Shown: positions 21,425-31,321, numbered from the stretch's first letter. The stretch is DNA of 52,535 nt from a virus (IMGVR_UViG_3300047667_000935:1-52535), one strand, 5' to 3'. Numbers and translations are program-made. The notes: generated by a model not told the origin, from the letters alone.

Positions 21425-22012
21425 ATGGAAGATTTAATCTACATACCCACAACTAGATTTGTATACTTTGACGATTCCGGAAGTATATTAAGTATTAGCA
21501 ACTCCAAGAGCGAAAATGGAAATTTTATTGAAGTGGACTATACTCAAGTTGAAAATTTAGTTAGCGGAAAAGAACAATTACACCAGTATTATATAACATT
21601 TGACACTACTATTAAGACTTACGTGCTAAAACATCAACTTACCGACAACATTGGTGATAGTATCAATCATCAGTTGCATTATATTAATCGTACAAGTAGT
21701 GAATTAATTCCAGACCTAACGATAACTCAACATATTTCTAAAAACGAGTGGGTAGTAACTTTAGCCAATTCTGTTAGAAAAAACTTTAGTGGAAAAAATA
21801 TTTCTGTTAATTTATCGTTGATGTTTAGCGTTACTGGATACAACGAGGTGCAATCTTTAGAAAGAGTGATCATTATTGAATTATCTAAATTAATATCAAA
21901 AGAATGTGTTAAAATTCCATTTACTAGTCAAATCGAGTCAAGTGAATCTGCATTAAGCGTATATACTATTAAGCAACTCGAATCATATCATCACAGGGTA
22001 ATTAATGACTAA
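21425..22012 (+). CDS. Hypothetical protein, 195 aa
   Basis: ORF abutting neighbours, AGGA SD; no motif recognised. Confidence 0.7.
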   Translation: MEDLIYIPTTRFVYFDDSGSILSISNSKSENGNFIEVDYTQVENLVSGKEQLHQYYITFDTTIKTYVLKHQLTDNIGDSINHQLHYINRTSSELIPDLTITQHISKNEWVVTLANSVRKNFSGKNISVNLSLMFSVTGYNEVQSLERVIIIELSKLISKECVKIPFTSQIESSESALSVYTIKQLESYHHRVIND

Positions 22013-22934
22013 CAAATTTAAAATATTAGACCACGACATTATCTACTTGTCATATGACGAGCCAAATGCAGAAAAAAATTATGCAGATTTGTGTAAAAAA
22101 ATTCCCTGGGCAAAAAGAGTACACGGTGTCGAAGGATCTGACGCAGCACATAAAGCTTGCGCAGCGTTAAGTGAAACTGATAGATTTGTTACAGTTGATG
22201 CTGACAATATAGTCAATACTGAATTTTTAACAAAGGAGTTTGATATAGATGCACACAAAGATTTAGATCAATGTGTGATTAGTTGGACAGCTAAAAATCA
22301 TATTAACGGTTTAACGTATGGAAACGGCGGCCTCAAATGCTGGCCCAAGGAGTATGTGCTCGGCATGCGCACACACGAAAATGCGCCAGCTGATAATCCG
22401 CATGCACAAGTCGACTTTTGTTGGGACATCGAATACATACAAATGAACGGCTGCTACAGTGAAATTTTTAACAACGAAAGTCCTCAACAAGCTTGGCGCG
22501 CCGGATTTAGAGAAGGTGTTAAAATGGCACTCGATCGTGGTGTAAAACCAACGCGAGAAGCATTTCAGAAGAATCATTGGAAAAATCTACACAGACTTTA
22601 CATATGGTTAATGGTTGGCGCAGATGTAAAGAACGGCTTGTGGGCAATCTATGGCGCAAGAGAAGGATTATATAATACCATGTGTACTGATTGGGATTAT
22701 ATACAAGTTCGCGACTTTGAATATCTAAATAATTACTGGGACAGATCTCCAAGCCAGTGCAATGAACAACAGTTGATGACTTACATACAATCAATGGGTG
22801 TAATGTTAATAGACGAGCTAGAGCTACCAATTGCAACAGATCCGTTTGATGCAGACCAGAGCAAGTTTTTTAAAACAGTATACCAAAATCCTGCTCGAAT
22901 AGCCGGACAACAATTTGTAGATAGAGAGACTTAA
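22005..22934 (+). CDS. GT-A-like (glycosyltransferase-like) protein, 309 aa
   Basis: DIIYLSYDEPNA...AHKACA...FVTVDADN DxD motif; homologous to the C-terminal domain of 23497..27249. Confidence 0.6.
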   Translation: MTNKFKILDHDIIYLSYDEPNAEKNYADLCKKIPWAKRVHGVEGSDAAHKACAALSETDRFVTVDADNIVNTEFLTKEFDIDAHKDLDQCVISWTAKNHINGLTYGNGGLKCWPKEYVLGMRTHENAPADNPHAQVDFCWDIEYIQMNGCYSEIFNNESPQQAWRAGFREGVKMALDRGVKPTREAFQKNHWKNLHRLYIWLMVGADVKNGLWAIYGAREGLYNTMCTDWDYIQVRDFEYLNNYWDRSPSQCNEQQLMTYIQSMGVMLIDELELPIATDPFDADQSKFFKTVYQNPARIAGQQFVDRET

Positions 22935-22943
22935 TATATTTCG

Positions 22944-23483
22944 ATGAGACTTGAATATGAAATTTCTCCAATCGGCCAACCGTTCCTTGACTTGGAATCA
23001 GTAAAAGAAAATATTTCAAAGTTTTTAGACAACCATGTGCAAGATGATAGTAACATTTTTAATATACTATTCACCGGACACGAAGCTACAGAATGGCCTG
23101 ACTTTTTGTTGTTATGCAAGTATCTCAAAGAGACTTATCTGTGTACGTTGGAAATTAATACAACTTCTGCTCCAGGAGTAATATGGTGGTCTGCTGCTGC
23201 AAGAGTATTGGATACAATTACTATTAGTGTATATCATGAAACTTTAAAAAAAGTAAAAACACGCAAGCTAGCTGATTATTTGTTTGATTTAGAAATCAAC
23301 ATAACCATTGATGTATTTATAGATCCCTTAGAATTTGAAAAATGTACCAATATTGTAGATTATTTAAAAGAAGGTCAGCGTAATTGGATTATTGTAGCAA
23401 AGCCGATATTAACCAACAATGAATTTATATATGACGAAAAACAACGAGCATATTTTGACAATCCGACTAAACAACCTATTTAA
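22944..23483 (+). CDS. Degenerate radical SAM-like protein lacking CxxxCxxC, 179 aa
   Basis: LFTGHEAT resembles SGGEPT; INTTS...WW...ITISVYHE...VAKPI parallels MTSNCS..WF...ITASLHTE...TLKPM of 43829..44938. Confidence 0.5.
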   Translation: MRLEYEISPIGQPFLDLESVKENISKFLDNHVQDDSNIFNILFTGHEATEWPDFLLLCKYLKETYLCTLEINTTSAPGVIWWSAAARVLDTITISVYHETLKKVKTRKLADYLFDLEINITIDVFIDPLEFEKCTNIVDYLKEGQRNWIIVAKPILTNNEFIYDEKQRAYFDNPTKQPI

Positions 23484-23496
23484 GGAATAACCGACT

Positions 23497-26400
23497 ATGT
23501 TTGATATAATTATTATACAACCAAATTTTCTTACCGATACAAGTCACCCTGGCATTGTACAACGTTTCCCTTTTGCCAAGCATGCTCACTCGGTTACCGA
23601 GGCACAGCAACAATCGTTAACAGAGTTCTTTTGGATAGTGCCCAGCGATGTTATTGTTAACGACACGTTTGACTTTGATTATGTACCCGACAGTGGGAGC
23701 CAGGATTATATACATGTATTTAAAAACGGCAACGAGCTATACGACGGAATTGCACTTATTCCAAAAACTGCTATATTAACTGCTGATAACATACAAATAA
23801 GATTTTCTCATAATACAAAAAACGTCGACATTGTTGCGTCAACTCCTTGTCCATACGACATATTTAATATTGATACATTTGAAGAATACACATATGCATT
23901 GGAAAATAGTACAACTGAAATGTTCTGGATGAGCACTTCTTCTATTGACATTGATTTATCCGTGGTAAATAATTTTTACATACCGCATACTGATATACAT
24001 TCTCGTAATAAATCTCATGCATTCTTACATTGCATTGCAGATACTCGGAATTATAACGGAATATTCCTGTGCAGTAAAAATACACCTCTTTCTAAAAGAG
24101 AAGTAACATACAGATTTCCAGTTAATCGAATAGAACACGATATAGTTGCATCTACGCCCAAGCCTTATGATGTATTTTACATCAACACCTATGCAGAATA
24201 CACTCAAGCATTGGAAAACAGCACTACTGAAATGTTTTTTGTTGTGCCGGGTGATGTAGTAGTTGCAGATGAATTCAAGTTTGACATAAATTTTACTTTT
24301 GACAACATCTATGACAGAAACATAAATCACGTGTATCTAAACGGCACTGAATATTCAGGCATAGTATTATACAGCAAAGCATCTAAAATTACAAAAACAG
24401 AATTCATCAACAAAGATATTGCTAATAAAAAGCAAGTTTCGATAGTTGCATCTACGCCCAAGCCGTATGATGTATTTTACATCAACACCTATGAAGAATA
24501 CACTCGAGCGTTTAAAACTAGCACCACTGAAATGTTCTTTGTTGTGCCCGACGATGTGGTAGTTGCCAATGAATTCAAGTTTGACATAAATTTTACTTTT
24601 GACAACATCTATGACAGAAACATAAATCATGTATATTTAAACGACATTGAATATTCAGGCATAGTATTATACAGCAAAGCATGTAAAATTACAAAAAAAG
24701 AATTCATCAACAAAGATATTGCCAATAAAAAACAAGTTGCAATAGTTGCATCTACACCCAGGCCATATGATGTATTTTACATCAACACCTATGCAGAATA
24801 CACTCAAGCATTGGAAAACAGCACCACTGAAATGTTCTTTGTTGTGCCCGACGATGTGGTAGTTGCAGATGAATTCAAGTTTGACATACATTTTACATTC
24901 GACAACATCTACGACAGAAACATAAATCATGTGTATCTAAATGGAACTGAATATTCAGGCATAATGTTGTGTAGTAAAAATACACCTCTTTCTAAAAGAG
25001 AAGTAACATACAGATTTCCAGTTAATCGAATAGAACATGATATAGTTGCATCTACACCCAGGCCATATGATGTATTTTACATCAACACCTATGAAGAATA
25101 CGCTCAAGCGTTTAAAACTAGCACCACTGAAATGTTCTTTGTTGTGCCCGACGATGTGGTAGTTGCAGATGAATTCAAGTTTGACATACATTTTACATTC
25201 GACAACATCTACGACAGAAACATAAATCATGTATATTTAAATGGAACTGTGTACAATGGCATAATGTTGTGTAGTAAAGCATCTAAAATTACAAAAACAG
25301 AATTCATCAACAAAGATATTGCCAATAAAAAACAAGTTGCAATAGTTGCATCTACGCCCAAGCCTTATGATGTATTTTACATCAACACCTATGCAGAATA
25401 CACTCAAGCATTGGAAAACAGCACAACTGAAATGTTTTTTGTTGTGCCAGGGGATGTAGTAGTTGCAGATGAATTCAAGTTTGACATAAATTTTACTTTT
25501 GACAACATCTATGACAGAAACATAAATCATGTGTATTTAAACGACACTGAATATTCAGGCATAATGTTGTGTAGTAAAGCATCTAAAATTACAAAAAAAG
25601 AATTCGTTAACAAAGACATTAAAAATAAAAAGCAAGTTGCAGTGGTAGCATCCATTCCTAGGCCATATGATGTATTTTACATCAACACCTATGAAGAATA
25701 TACTCAAGCATTGGAAAACAGCACAACTGAAATGTTTTTTGTTGTGCCCGACGATGTGGTAGTTGCCAATGAATTCAAGTTTGACATAAATTTTACATTT
25801 GACAACATCTATGACAGAAACATAAATCACGTGTATCTAAACGGCACTGAATATTCAGGCATAATGTTGTGCAGTAAAAATACACCTCTTTCTAAAAGAG
25901 AAGTAGCATACAGATTTCCAGTTAATCGAATAGAACACGATATAGTTGCATCTACACCCAAACTGTATGATGTATTTTACATCAATACCTATGCAGAATA
26001 CACTCAAGCGTTTAAAACTAGCACCACCGAAATGTTTTTTGTTGTGCCGGGTGATGTAATAGTTGCCAATGAATTCAAGTTTGACATACATTTTACATTC
26101 GACAACATCTACGACAGAAACATAAATCATGTATATTTAAACGACACTGAATATTCAGGCATAATGCTGTGCAGTAAAGCATCTAAAATTACAAAAAAAG
26201 AATTCATCAACAAAGACATTAAAAATAAAAAGCAAGTTGCAATAGTTGCATCTACACCCAAGCCGTATGATGTATTTTACATCAACACCTATGCAGAATA
26301 CACTCAAGCATTGAAAACTAGCACTACTGAAATGTTCTTTGTTGTGCCCAACGAAGTAGTAGTTGCAGATGAATTCAAGTTTGACGTACATTTTACATTC

Positions 26401-27249
26401 GACCACGTCTATGACAGAAACATAAATCATGTGTACTTAAATGGAACTGAATATTCAGGCATAATGTTGTGTAGTAAAGCATCTAAAATTACAAAAAAAG
26501 AATTCATCAGCAAAGACATTGACAATAAAAAGCAAGTTGCAATAGTTGCATCTACACCCAAGCCGTATGATATTGTATTTATAAGTTACGAAGAACCTAA
26601 TGCTGATAAAAATTATCAAGATTTGTTAAAAATTGCCCCGCGTGCTTTTCGAGTTCATGGCATTACAGGAATTCATAATGCACACATTGCTGCGGCCAAG
26701 CTGTGTAAATCTAAAATGTTTTGGGTAGTAGATGCCGATGCAACTATAATTAATAACTTTACATTTGATTTACAAGTACATGATAGTAATTTAACTAGTG
26801 TACACGTTTGGCGCAGTCAGAACCCCATCAACGAGCTTGTGTACGGCTATGGTGGCGTCAAATTACTACCCAGGGTGCTTACAGAAAACATGGACACTAG
26901 CAAGACGGATATGACCACTGGCATTAGTGACCAATTTAAGTTGATGCCCAAAATTAGTAATATTACTTCATTTAACACAGATCCGTACAGTACCTGGAAA
27001 AGTTCATTTAGGGAATGTGTTAAGTTGTCATCAAAACTTATCGACAGACAGAAAAACGTCGAAACTCAAAAAAGATTGCACATTTGGTGTACCGTAGGAG
27101 ATAATAAGTTGTATGGCAAACATGCAATAGCTGGCGCAAACGCCGGCGCAGCATACGGAAAAGCAAACAAAGGCAACTCTGCCGCACTAAAAAAGATAAA
27201 CGACTTTGATTGGTTAAAGGAACAATATGACAACAGTGGATATAAGTAA
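23497..27249 (+). CDS. Repeat-expanded glycosyltransferase-like protein, 1250 aa
   Basis: Eight near-identical 100-aa units plus two diverged N-terminal units; C-terminal domain YDIVFISYEEPNA...FWVVDADA...YGYGGVKLLP retains DxD; AAGGA SD. Confidence 0.75.
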   Translation: MFDIIIIQPNFLTDTSHPGIVQRFPFAKHAHSVTEAQQQSLTEFFWIVPSDVIVNDTFDFDYVPDSGSQDYIHVFKNGNELYDGIALIPKTAILTADNIQIRFSHNTKNVDIVASTPCPYDIFNIDTFEEYTYALENSTTEMFWMSTSSIDIDLSVVNNFYIPHTDIHSRNKSHAFLHCIADTRNYNGIFLCSKNTPLSKREVTYRFPVNRIEHDIVASTPKPYDVFYINTYAEYTQALENSTTEMFFVVPGDVVVADEFKFDINFTFDNIYDRNINHVYLNGTEYSGIVLYSKASKITKTEFINKDIANKKQVSIVASTPKPYDVFYINTYEEYTRAFKTSTTEMFFVVPDDVVVANEFKFDINFTFDNIYDRNINHVYLNDIEYSGIVLYSKACKITKKEFINKDIANKKQVAIVASTPRPYDVFYINTYAEYTQALENSTTEMFFVVPDDVVVADEFKFDIHFTFDNIYDRNINHVYLNGTEYSGIMLCSKNTPLSKREVTYRFPVNRIEHDIVASTPRPYDVFYINTYEEYAQAFKTSTTEMFFVVPDDVVVADEFKFDIHFTFDNIYDRNINHVYLNGTVYNGIMLCSKASKITKTEFINKDIANKKQVAIVASTPKPYDVFYINTYAEYTQALENSTTEMFFVVPGDVVVADEFKFDINFTFDNIYDRNINHVYLNDTEYSGIMLCSKASKITKKEFVNKDIKNKKQVAVVASIPRPYDVFYINTYEEYTQALENSTTEMFFVVPDDVVVANEFKFDINFTFDNIYDRNINHVYLNGTEYSGIMLCSKNTPLSKREVAYRFPVNRIEHDIVASTPKLYDVFYINTYAEYTQAFKTSTTEMFFVVPGDVIVANEFKFDIHFTFDNIYDRNINHVYLNDTEYSGIMLCSKASKITKKEFINKDIKNKKQVAIVASTPKPYDVFYINTYAEYTQALKTSTTEMFFVVPNEVVVADEFKFDVHFTFDHVYDRNINHVYLNGTEYSGIMLCSKASKITKKEFISKDIDNKKQVAIVASTPKPYDIVFISYEEPNADKNYQDLLKIAPRAFRVHGITGIHNAHIAAAKLCKSKMFWVVDADATIINNFTFDLQVHDSNLTSVHVWRSQNPINELVYGYGGVKLLPRVLTENMDTSKTDMTTGISDQFKLMPKISNITSFNTDPYSTWKSSFRECVKLSSKLIDRQKNVETQKRLHIWCTVGDNKLYGKHAIAGANAGAAYGKANKGNSAALKKINDFDWLKEQYDNSGYK
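24166..26565 (+). repeat. Intragenic tandem repeat, 8 x 300 bp
   Basis: tatgatgtattttacatcaa recurs at 24166, 24466, 24766, 25066, 25366, 25666, 25966 and 26266; a diverged 312-bp unit lies at 23854-24165. Confidence 0.97.
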
Positions 27250-27472
27250 TTTAAAACTAAGACAATTGCAAACAGAAAGTGCAAGAGCGCTTGCTACTAT
27301 GCAGGCAACTAGTAATAACATACATCAATTTAATAAACTGGCACATCATAATAGTCAAAATTGGTATCGCGCAGTTATCAATTGGTATGTAGAACAATAT
27401 GGCGGACTGCCTAGCAACGTAGGTCCGGGCAAAGATATAAAAATGTTGCACGAAATGCAGCCCCGAGTTTGA
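27227..27472 (+). CDS. Small hypothetical protein, 81 aa (3' end probably altered by a deletion junction)
   Basis: AAGGA SD at suitable spacing; overlaps the upstream gene; its last codons run into a radical SAM remnant in another frame. Confidence 0.65.
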   Translation: MTTVDISNLKLRQLQTESARALATMQATSNNIHQFNKLAHHNSQNWYRAVINWYVEQYGGLPSNVGPGKDIKMLHEMQPRV

Positions 27473-27497
27473 TCCGTTTGCTGCACAGTTTACATAA
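27444..27497 (+). pseudogene. 3'-terminal remnant of a radical SAM gene paralogous to 31934..33013
   Basis: Encodes CCTKCSPEFDPFAAQFT* versus CSTKCGIEFDPFGEQFK* at 32960-33013; 42/54 nt and 11/17 aa identical by hand count. Confidence 0.85.
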
Positions 27498-27505
27498 GTA
27501 TTAAT

Positions 27506-28732
27506 ATGACACAAATTCCTTTATACTATAGAACAGATCTACCGGATGATAAACATGTGTTCAAATACTGTAATGGTGTTCCTCTACAGTATTTAGACCA
27601 TCGGTATTTTATACCCGGCCACACTGACCCCAGAGCATATCTTGGGTTGTTTGGTGATCAGTTTGACTTTGTTTATAGAGACAAAGTCAAAAGTGATAAC
27701 ACATACTATTTTCCATTTATAGTGTCAATATCGGGCCTTATTGATGTAATAAACGAAGTAACTATTCCCAAATCGGTGATCGATGACATTAAAAATAGCA
27801 AGTGTAAAATCTTAGTTATTAATTCGTTTGAAGGATGGTCTTGGAAGTTTTGGAAAAAGCTAGTTTCACCTATAATGTCGCTGTACAATATCGGCTTTGA
27901 TAACTTTGTGTTTGTTTGCGCCAACCTTTCCACTGACACTGAGCTTAAAACAGTATATGATAACTTCTGGGAAAATCAAACTCATCACGATAATTTACAA
28001 TCTTTGCTAGACCGAGGAAATTCTAGTATACTGTTAAAAACGCCTAGAACAAAAAAGTTTATTTGTTTAAATCGCCGCCCGGGTGTAGCTAGATTTGCAG
28101 GAGTAACACTGTTGTATCCGTATATCAATTTAGGATATTTGTCATTGAGTATCAAAGGAGGAATTCCGAATCCGACATATGTTCAAAATCAAGTACACTT
28201 ATTCCAAGAAAACTTTCCAAAGATTTATAAAAAATATTTAAAATCAAACTTAAAAGATGATCTACCTCTTACCATTGATGATAATGTAAACGCTGCCGAA
28301 GAAAATCCAGTCAATGACCAGTCTACTGATAAATTTTACAATTCGTTCCTGCATATATGTGCAGAGACCTATCATGATTATAGACCGGATCGAATGTTCT
28401 TTAGTGAAAAGATTTTTAAGCCTATGCTGTATATGCAGCCATTTGTAATTTTGGGCCCACCAAACTCATTAAGTACATTACACAGTATGGGATACAAGAC
28501 ATTTGGAAATGTAATAGATGAAAGATATGATGGTATACAAGATAACGCCAAGAGACTACATGCTGCAACAAACTCTGCAATTAAATTCTTTGATAGGCCC
28601 AATGCTGATCTACACAACGACATGAATAAAATCAACAGCGTTTTATCGCACAACCTATTAACAGTGTCTTATAGGGAACATATGTCGGGTATATCATTAA
28701 AAGATTCGTTGCAGAAATATCTACATGAATAG
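27506..28732 (+). CDS. Putative glycosyltransferase-like protein (GT-B/GT10-like C-terminus), 408 aa
   Basis: KKFICLNRR and ICAET...FFSEKIFKPMLYMQPFVILG resemble the E...SEK donor-binding motif of GT10-type enzymes. Confidence 0.45.
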   Translation: MTQIPLYYRTDLPDDKHVFKYCNGVPLQYLDHRYFIPGHTDPRAYLGLFGDQFDFVYRDKVKSDNTYYFPFIVSISGLIDVINEVTIPKSVIDDIKNSKCKILVINSFEGWSWKFWKKLVSPIMSLYNIGFDNFVFVCANLSTDTELKTVYDNFWENQTHHDNLQSLLDRGNSSILLKTPRTKKFICLNRRPGVARFAGVTLLYPYINLGYLSLSIKGGIPNPTYVQNQVHLFQENFPKIYKKYLKSNLKDDLPLTIDDNVNAAEENPVNDQSTDKFYNSFLHICAETYHDYRPDRMFFSEKIFKPMLYMQPFVILGPPNSLSTLHSMGYKTFGNVIDERYDGIQDNAKRLHAATNSAIKFFDRPNADLHNDMNKINSVLSHNLLTVSYREHMSGISLKDSLQKYLHE

Positions 28733-29324
28733 AATAATAGCATTTGGATGTTCGTACACTTACGGACACGGTTTATCTGATTGTATACACACAGACGGCA
28801 TTGGCCCTGGCCGTCGTCCGAGTATACTGGGCTTTCCTAATATAGTAGCTACTCATTTAGCAAGTGAATTGGTTAACTTATCATTGCCGGGCATTGGCGA
28901 TAAACACATCATGCATACTGCTAATAATTTTATTTTTAAGCCGTCTGACATTTGTTTGATACAATGGAGCCACGGAGATCGTTATTGTATTATAAAACAA
29001 CAAGCAACTATCGATTTAGGTGCGTGGCAAAACACCAAACCTGCTAGATCGTATTATAAATTTATGTATGATCGATACGACACAGACACTATGCGAGATA
29101 TATACATTAATTATATTAACTTAAAATTACAATCTATCGGAGTTAAAACTTATAATATATTACCTATAGACGCACATCAAAATCAGCTGACTATTAATAA
29201 AGAAATTACAATGTCTGATAAAAACATATACAAATTTAAAGTTGATGTTGGATTAGACAACAGTCATCCTGGCCAGCAAACTCATAAACTTTTTGCAGAC
29301 TATTTAATAAACAAGTATTTTTAA
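28725..29324 (+). CDS. SGNH/GDSL hydrolase-like (acyl esterase or transferase), 199 aa
   Basis: N-terminal IAFGCSYTYG (block I) and C-terminal DNSHPG (block V). Confidence 0.7.
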   Translation: MNRIIAFGCSYTYGHGLSDCIHTDGIGPGRRPSILGFPNIVATHLASELVNLSLPGIGDKHIMHTANNFIFKPSDICLIQWSHGDRYCIIKQQATIDLGAWQNTKPARSYYKFMYDRYDTDTMRDIYINYINLKLQSIGVKTYNILPIDAHQNQLTINKEITMSDKNIYKFKVDVGLDNSHPGQQTHKLFADYLINKYF

Positions 29325-29362
29325 ATAGATATATTGTATAACTTACAACTTGGAGAACTATA

Positions 29363-30589
29363 ATGAATATCGGATTCATCGGAATAGGAAAATTAGGAAT
29401 GCCTTGCGCAGAAGCCATGGCCGCCTGCGGCCATGCAGTAACAGGGTACGATACTGAACCTCGTAACTCGAGCTTGATTACATTAACTGACACAATCGCA
29501 GAATGTGTACACGGTAAAGACATTGTGTTTATTGCAGTGCCGACGCCACATGACCTAGAATATGATGGTAGTGCTCCGACTGCACACCTTGCTCCTAAAG
29601 ACTTCAATTATGACATTGTCAAAGACGTTATGGCAGATGCCAACAAGCATATGACCAAAGATCAATTGCTAGTATTAATTAGCACAGTATTGCCAGGAAC
29701 CACTCGTGAACAGTTTATTCCACTTGTTACAAATACTCGTTTCATTTACAATCCATATTTAATTGCTATGGGCAGTGTTGCATGGGACATGGTCAATCCA
29801 GAGATGGTTATGATCGGCACAGAAGATGGTAGCACAACCGGTGACGCTAAAATGTTGGTTGATTTTTACAAAACAATTATGCAAAATGATCCACGATATG
29901 AAATTGGTACATGGGACGAATGCGAATGTATCAAGGTTTTCTACAATACGTTTATCAGTGCAAAGATTGGCATTGTCAATATGATCCAGGACGTTGCCGA
30001 AGCACAGGGTAATATCAACGTTGACGTGGTTACAAACGCGCTAGCAGCGTCAACGATGCGCATTACAGGGCCACAGTACATGCGAGCAGGCATGGGTGAC
30101 GGAGGGGGCTGTCACCCACGTGACAACATCGCGTTGCGACACATGGCAGAAAAGTTAAATTTGGGCTACGATATATTTGATGCTATTATGAACGCCCGTG
30201 ATATTCAAGCAAAAAATATTGCCAAACAATTGGTGTTTCAAAGTAAATTTCATAGTATGGATATTGTTATTCACGGCAAGGCATACAAGCCGGGCGTAGC
30301 TTACATAGATGGCAGTTACAGTTTATTAGTGGGACATTTTTGTGAAGAGCTCGGAATCAAACCTATCTATGTTGATCCGTTAACCGGAGATAATTATGCA
30401 CCAATTACTCCTTGTGTATTTTTAATGGCACATAATGCTGCTACAACTTACAGGTATTTGGGTACACCACAAATAGAACAACTGTATTGTCATATTCCGG
30501 ATGACAGCATTGTAGTCGATCCGTGGCGCACGTATGTGAATAAAGACGTTACTGTGATTCATTACGGTAATACTCGGAAATTTAAATAA
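29363..30589 (+). CDS. UDP-glucose/GDP-mannose dehydrogenase family protein, 408 aa
   Basis: GFIGIGKLG Rossmann motif, FIAVPTP, STVLPGTT, KVFYNTF, catalytic GGGCHPRD, GKAYKPG; GGAG SD. Confidence 0.92.
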   Translation: MNIGFIGIGKLGMPCAEAMAACGHAVTGYDTEPRNSSLITLTDTIAECVHGKDIVFIAVPTPHDLEYDGSAPTAHLAPKDFNYDIVKDVMADANKHMTKDQLLVLISTVLPGTTREQFIPLVTNTRFIYNPYLIAMGSVAWDMVNPEMVMIGTEDGSTTGDAKMLVDFYKTIMQNDPRYEIGTWDECECIKVFYNTFISAKIGIVNMIQDVAEAQGNINVDVVTNALAASTMRITGPQYMRAGMGDGGGCHPRDNIALRHMAEKLNLGYDIFDAIMNARDIQAKNIAKQLVFQSKFHSMDIVIHGKAYKPGVAYIDGSYSLLVGHFCEELGIKPIYVDPLTGDNYAPITPCVFLMAHNAATTYRYLGTPQIEQLYCHIPDDSIVVDPWRTYVNKDVTVIHYGNTRKFK

Positions 30590-30624
30590 TCGAGTTCGGT
30601 ATATTTAACAATGAAAACTATAAG

Positions 30625-30653
30625 TTGACTAATTGCAGAATAAGTGTTATAGT
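30625..30653 (+). promoter_or_regulatory. Sigma70-type promoter TTGACT-N17-TATAGT with extended -10 TG
   Basis: -35 at 30625-30630, TG at 30645-30646, -10 at 30648-30653, within an 87-bp intergenic gap. Confidence 0.65.
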
Positions 30654-30676
30654 ATTAATGTAAATTAGGATTTAAA

Positions 30677-31321
30677 ATGCTGCACAAGAGTAACTTTTTT
30701 GATAACATAGGGTCACTATTTAAAAAATATCCCACGGTTGATTTAACAGATCTGTTTTCAAAAGGTCAAATGGAATCAAAACGCTGGCTAGTAGACATGT
30801 TAGTTGAGTTAGATTTGCCACTCGGTACTGTGTTTATTTGTGCTGGCTGGTATGGAAGCTTGGCAACGTTTTTATTTGAATCTAATTTAAAAATTAACAA
30901 GATACGAAGTTTTGATATTGACCCAATTTGTGCAGATATTGCAGATACGTTTAATCGAAGTTGGGTAATGAACAATTGGCAATTTAAGGCTAGTACACTA
31001 GATATATCGGATATAGATTATCCTACGCAATATATTACACGTCGAGCAGATAATTCAACAGTTGAACTTGTAGAAACTCCGGACACGATTATAAATACAA
31101 GCTGTGAACATATTGAAAATTTTGCAGAATGGTATGCTAAAATACCCAACGGTAAATTAGTTGTATTACAAAGCAACAACTTTGTTGACGTTGACGAGCA
31201 TGTGAACTGTTCAAAAGATGCCGAATCCTTTAGTGTATCAGCTCCGATGGAAAATTGTTTGTTCTTAGGAGAGCTGGAACTAGAAAAGTATACCAGATTT
31301 ATGAAAATCGGATATAAATGA
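30677..31321 (+). CDS. Class I SAM-dependent methyltransferase-like protein, 214 aa
   Basis: VFICAGWYG motif I, IRSFDID motif II, DTIINTSCEH motif IV. Confidence 0.65.
   Translation: MLHKSNFFDNIGSLFKKYPTVDLTDLFSKGQMESKRWLVDMLVELDLPLGTVFICAGWYGSLATFLFESNLKINKIRSFDIDPICADIADTFNRSWVMNNWQFKASTLDISDIDYPTQYITRRADNSTVELVETPDTIINTSCEHIENFAEWYAKIPNGKLVVLQSNNFVDVDEHVNCSKDAESFSVSAPMENCLFLGELELEKYTRFMKIGYK

Noticed and set aside
24025-26430. Eight similar minus-strand ORFs (MIYVSV...) that look like a peptide-precursor array
   Set aside because: They are antisense shadows of the 300-bp coding repeat, with no independent expression signals.
24166-26565. CRISPR array or diversity-generating retroelement
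   Set aside because: Units are contiguous in-frame 300-bp repeats without unique spacers; differences are not adenine-specific; no cas or reverse transcriptase gene was seen.
27227-27472. RiPP precursor for the radical SAM enzymes
   Set aside because: No recognisable leader or core, and no RRE/PqqD, protease or exporter nearby; cannot be fully excluded.
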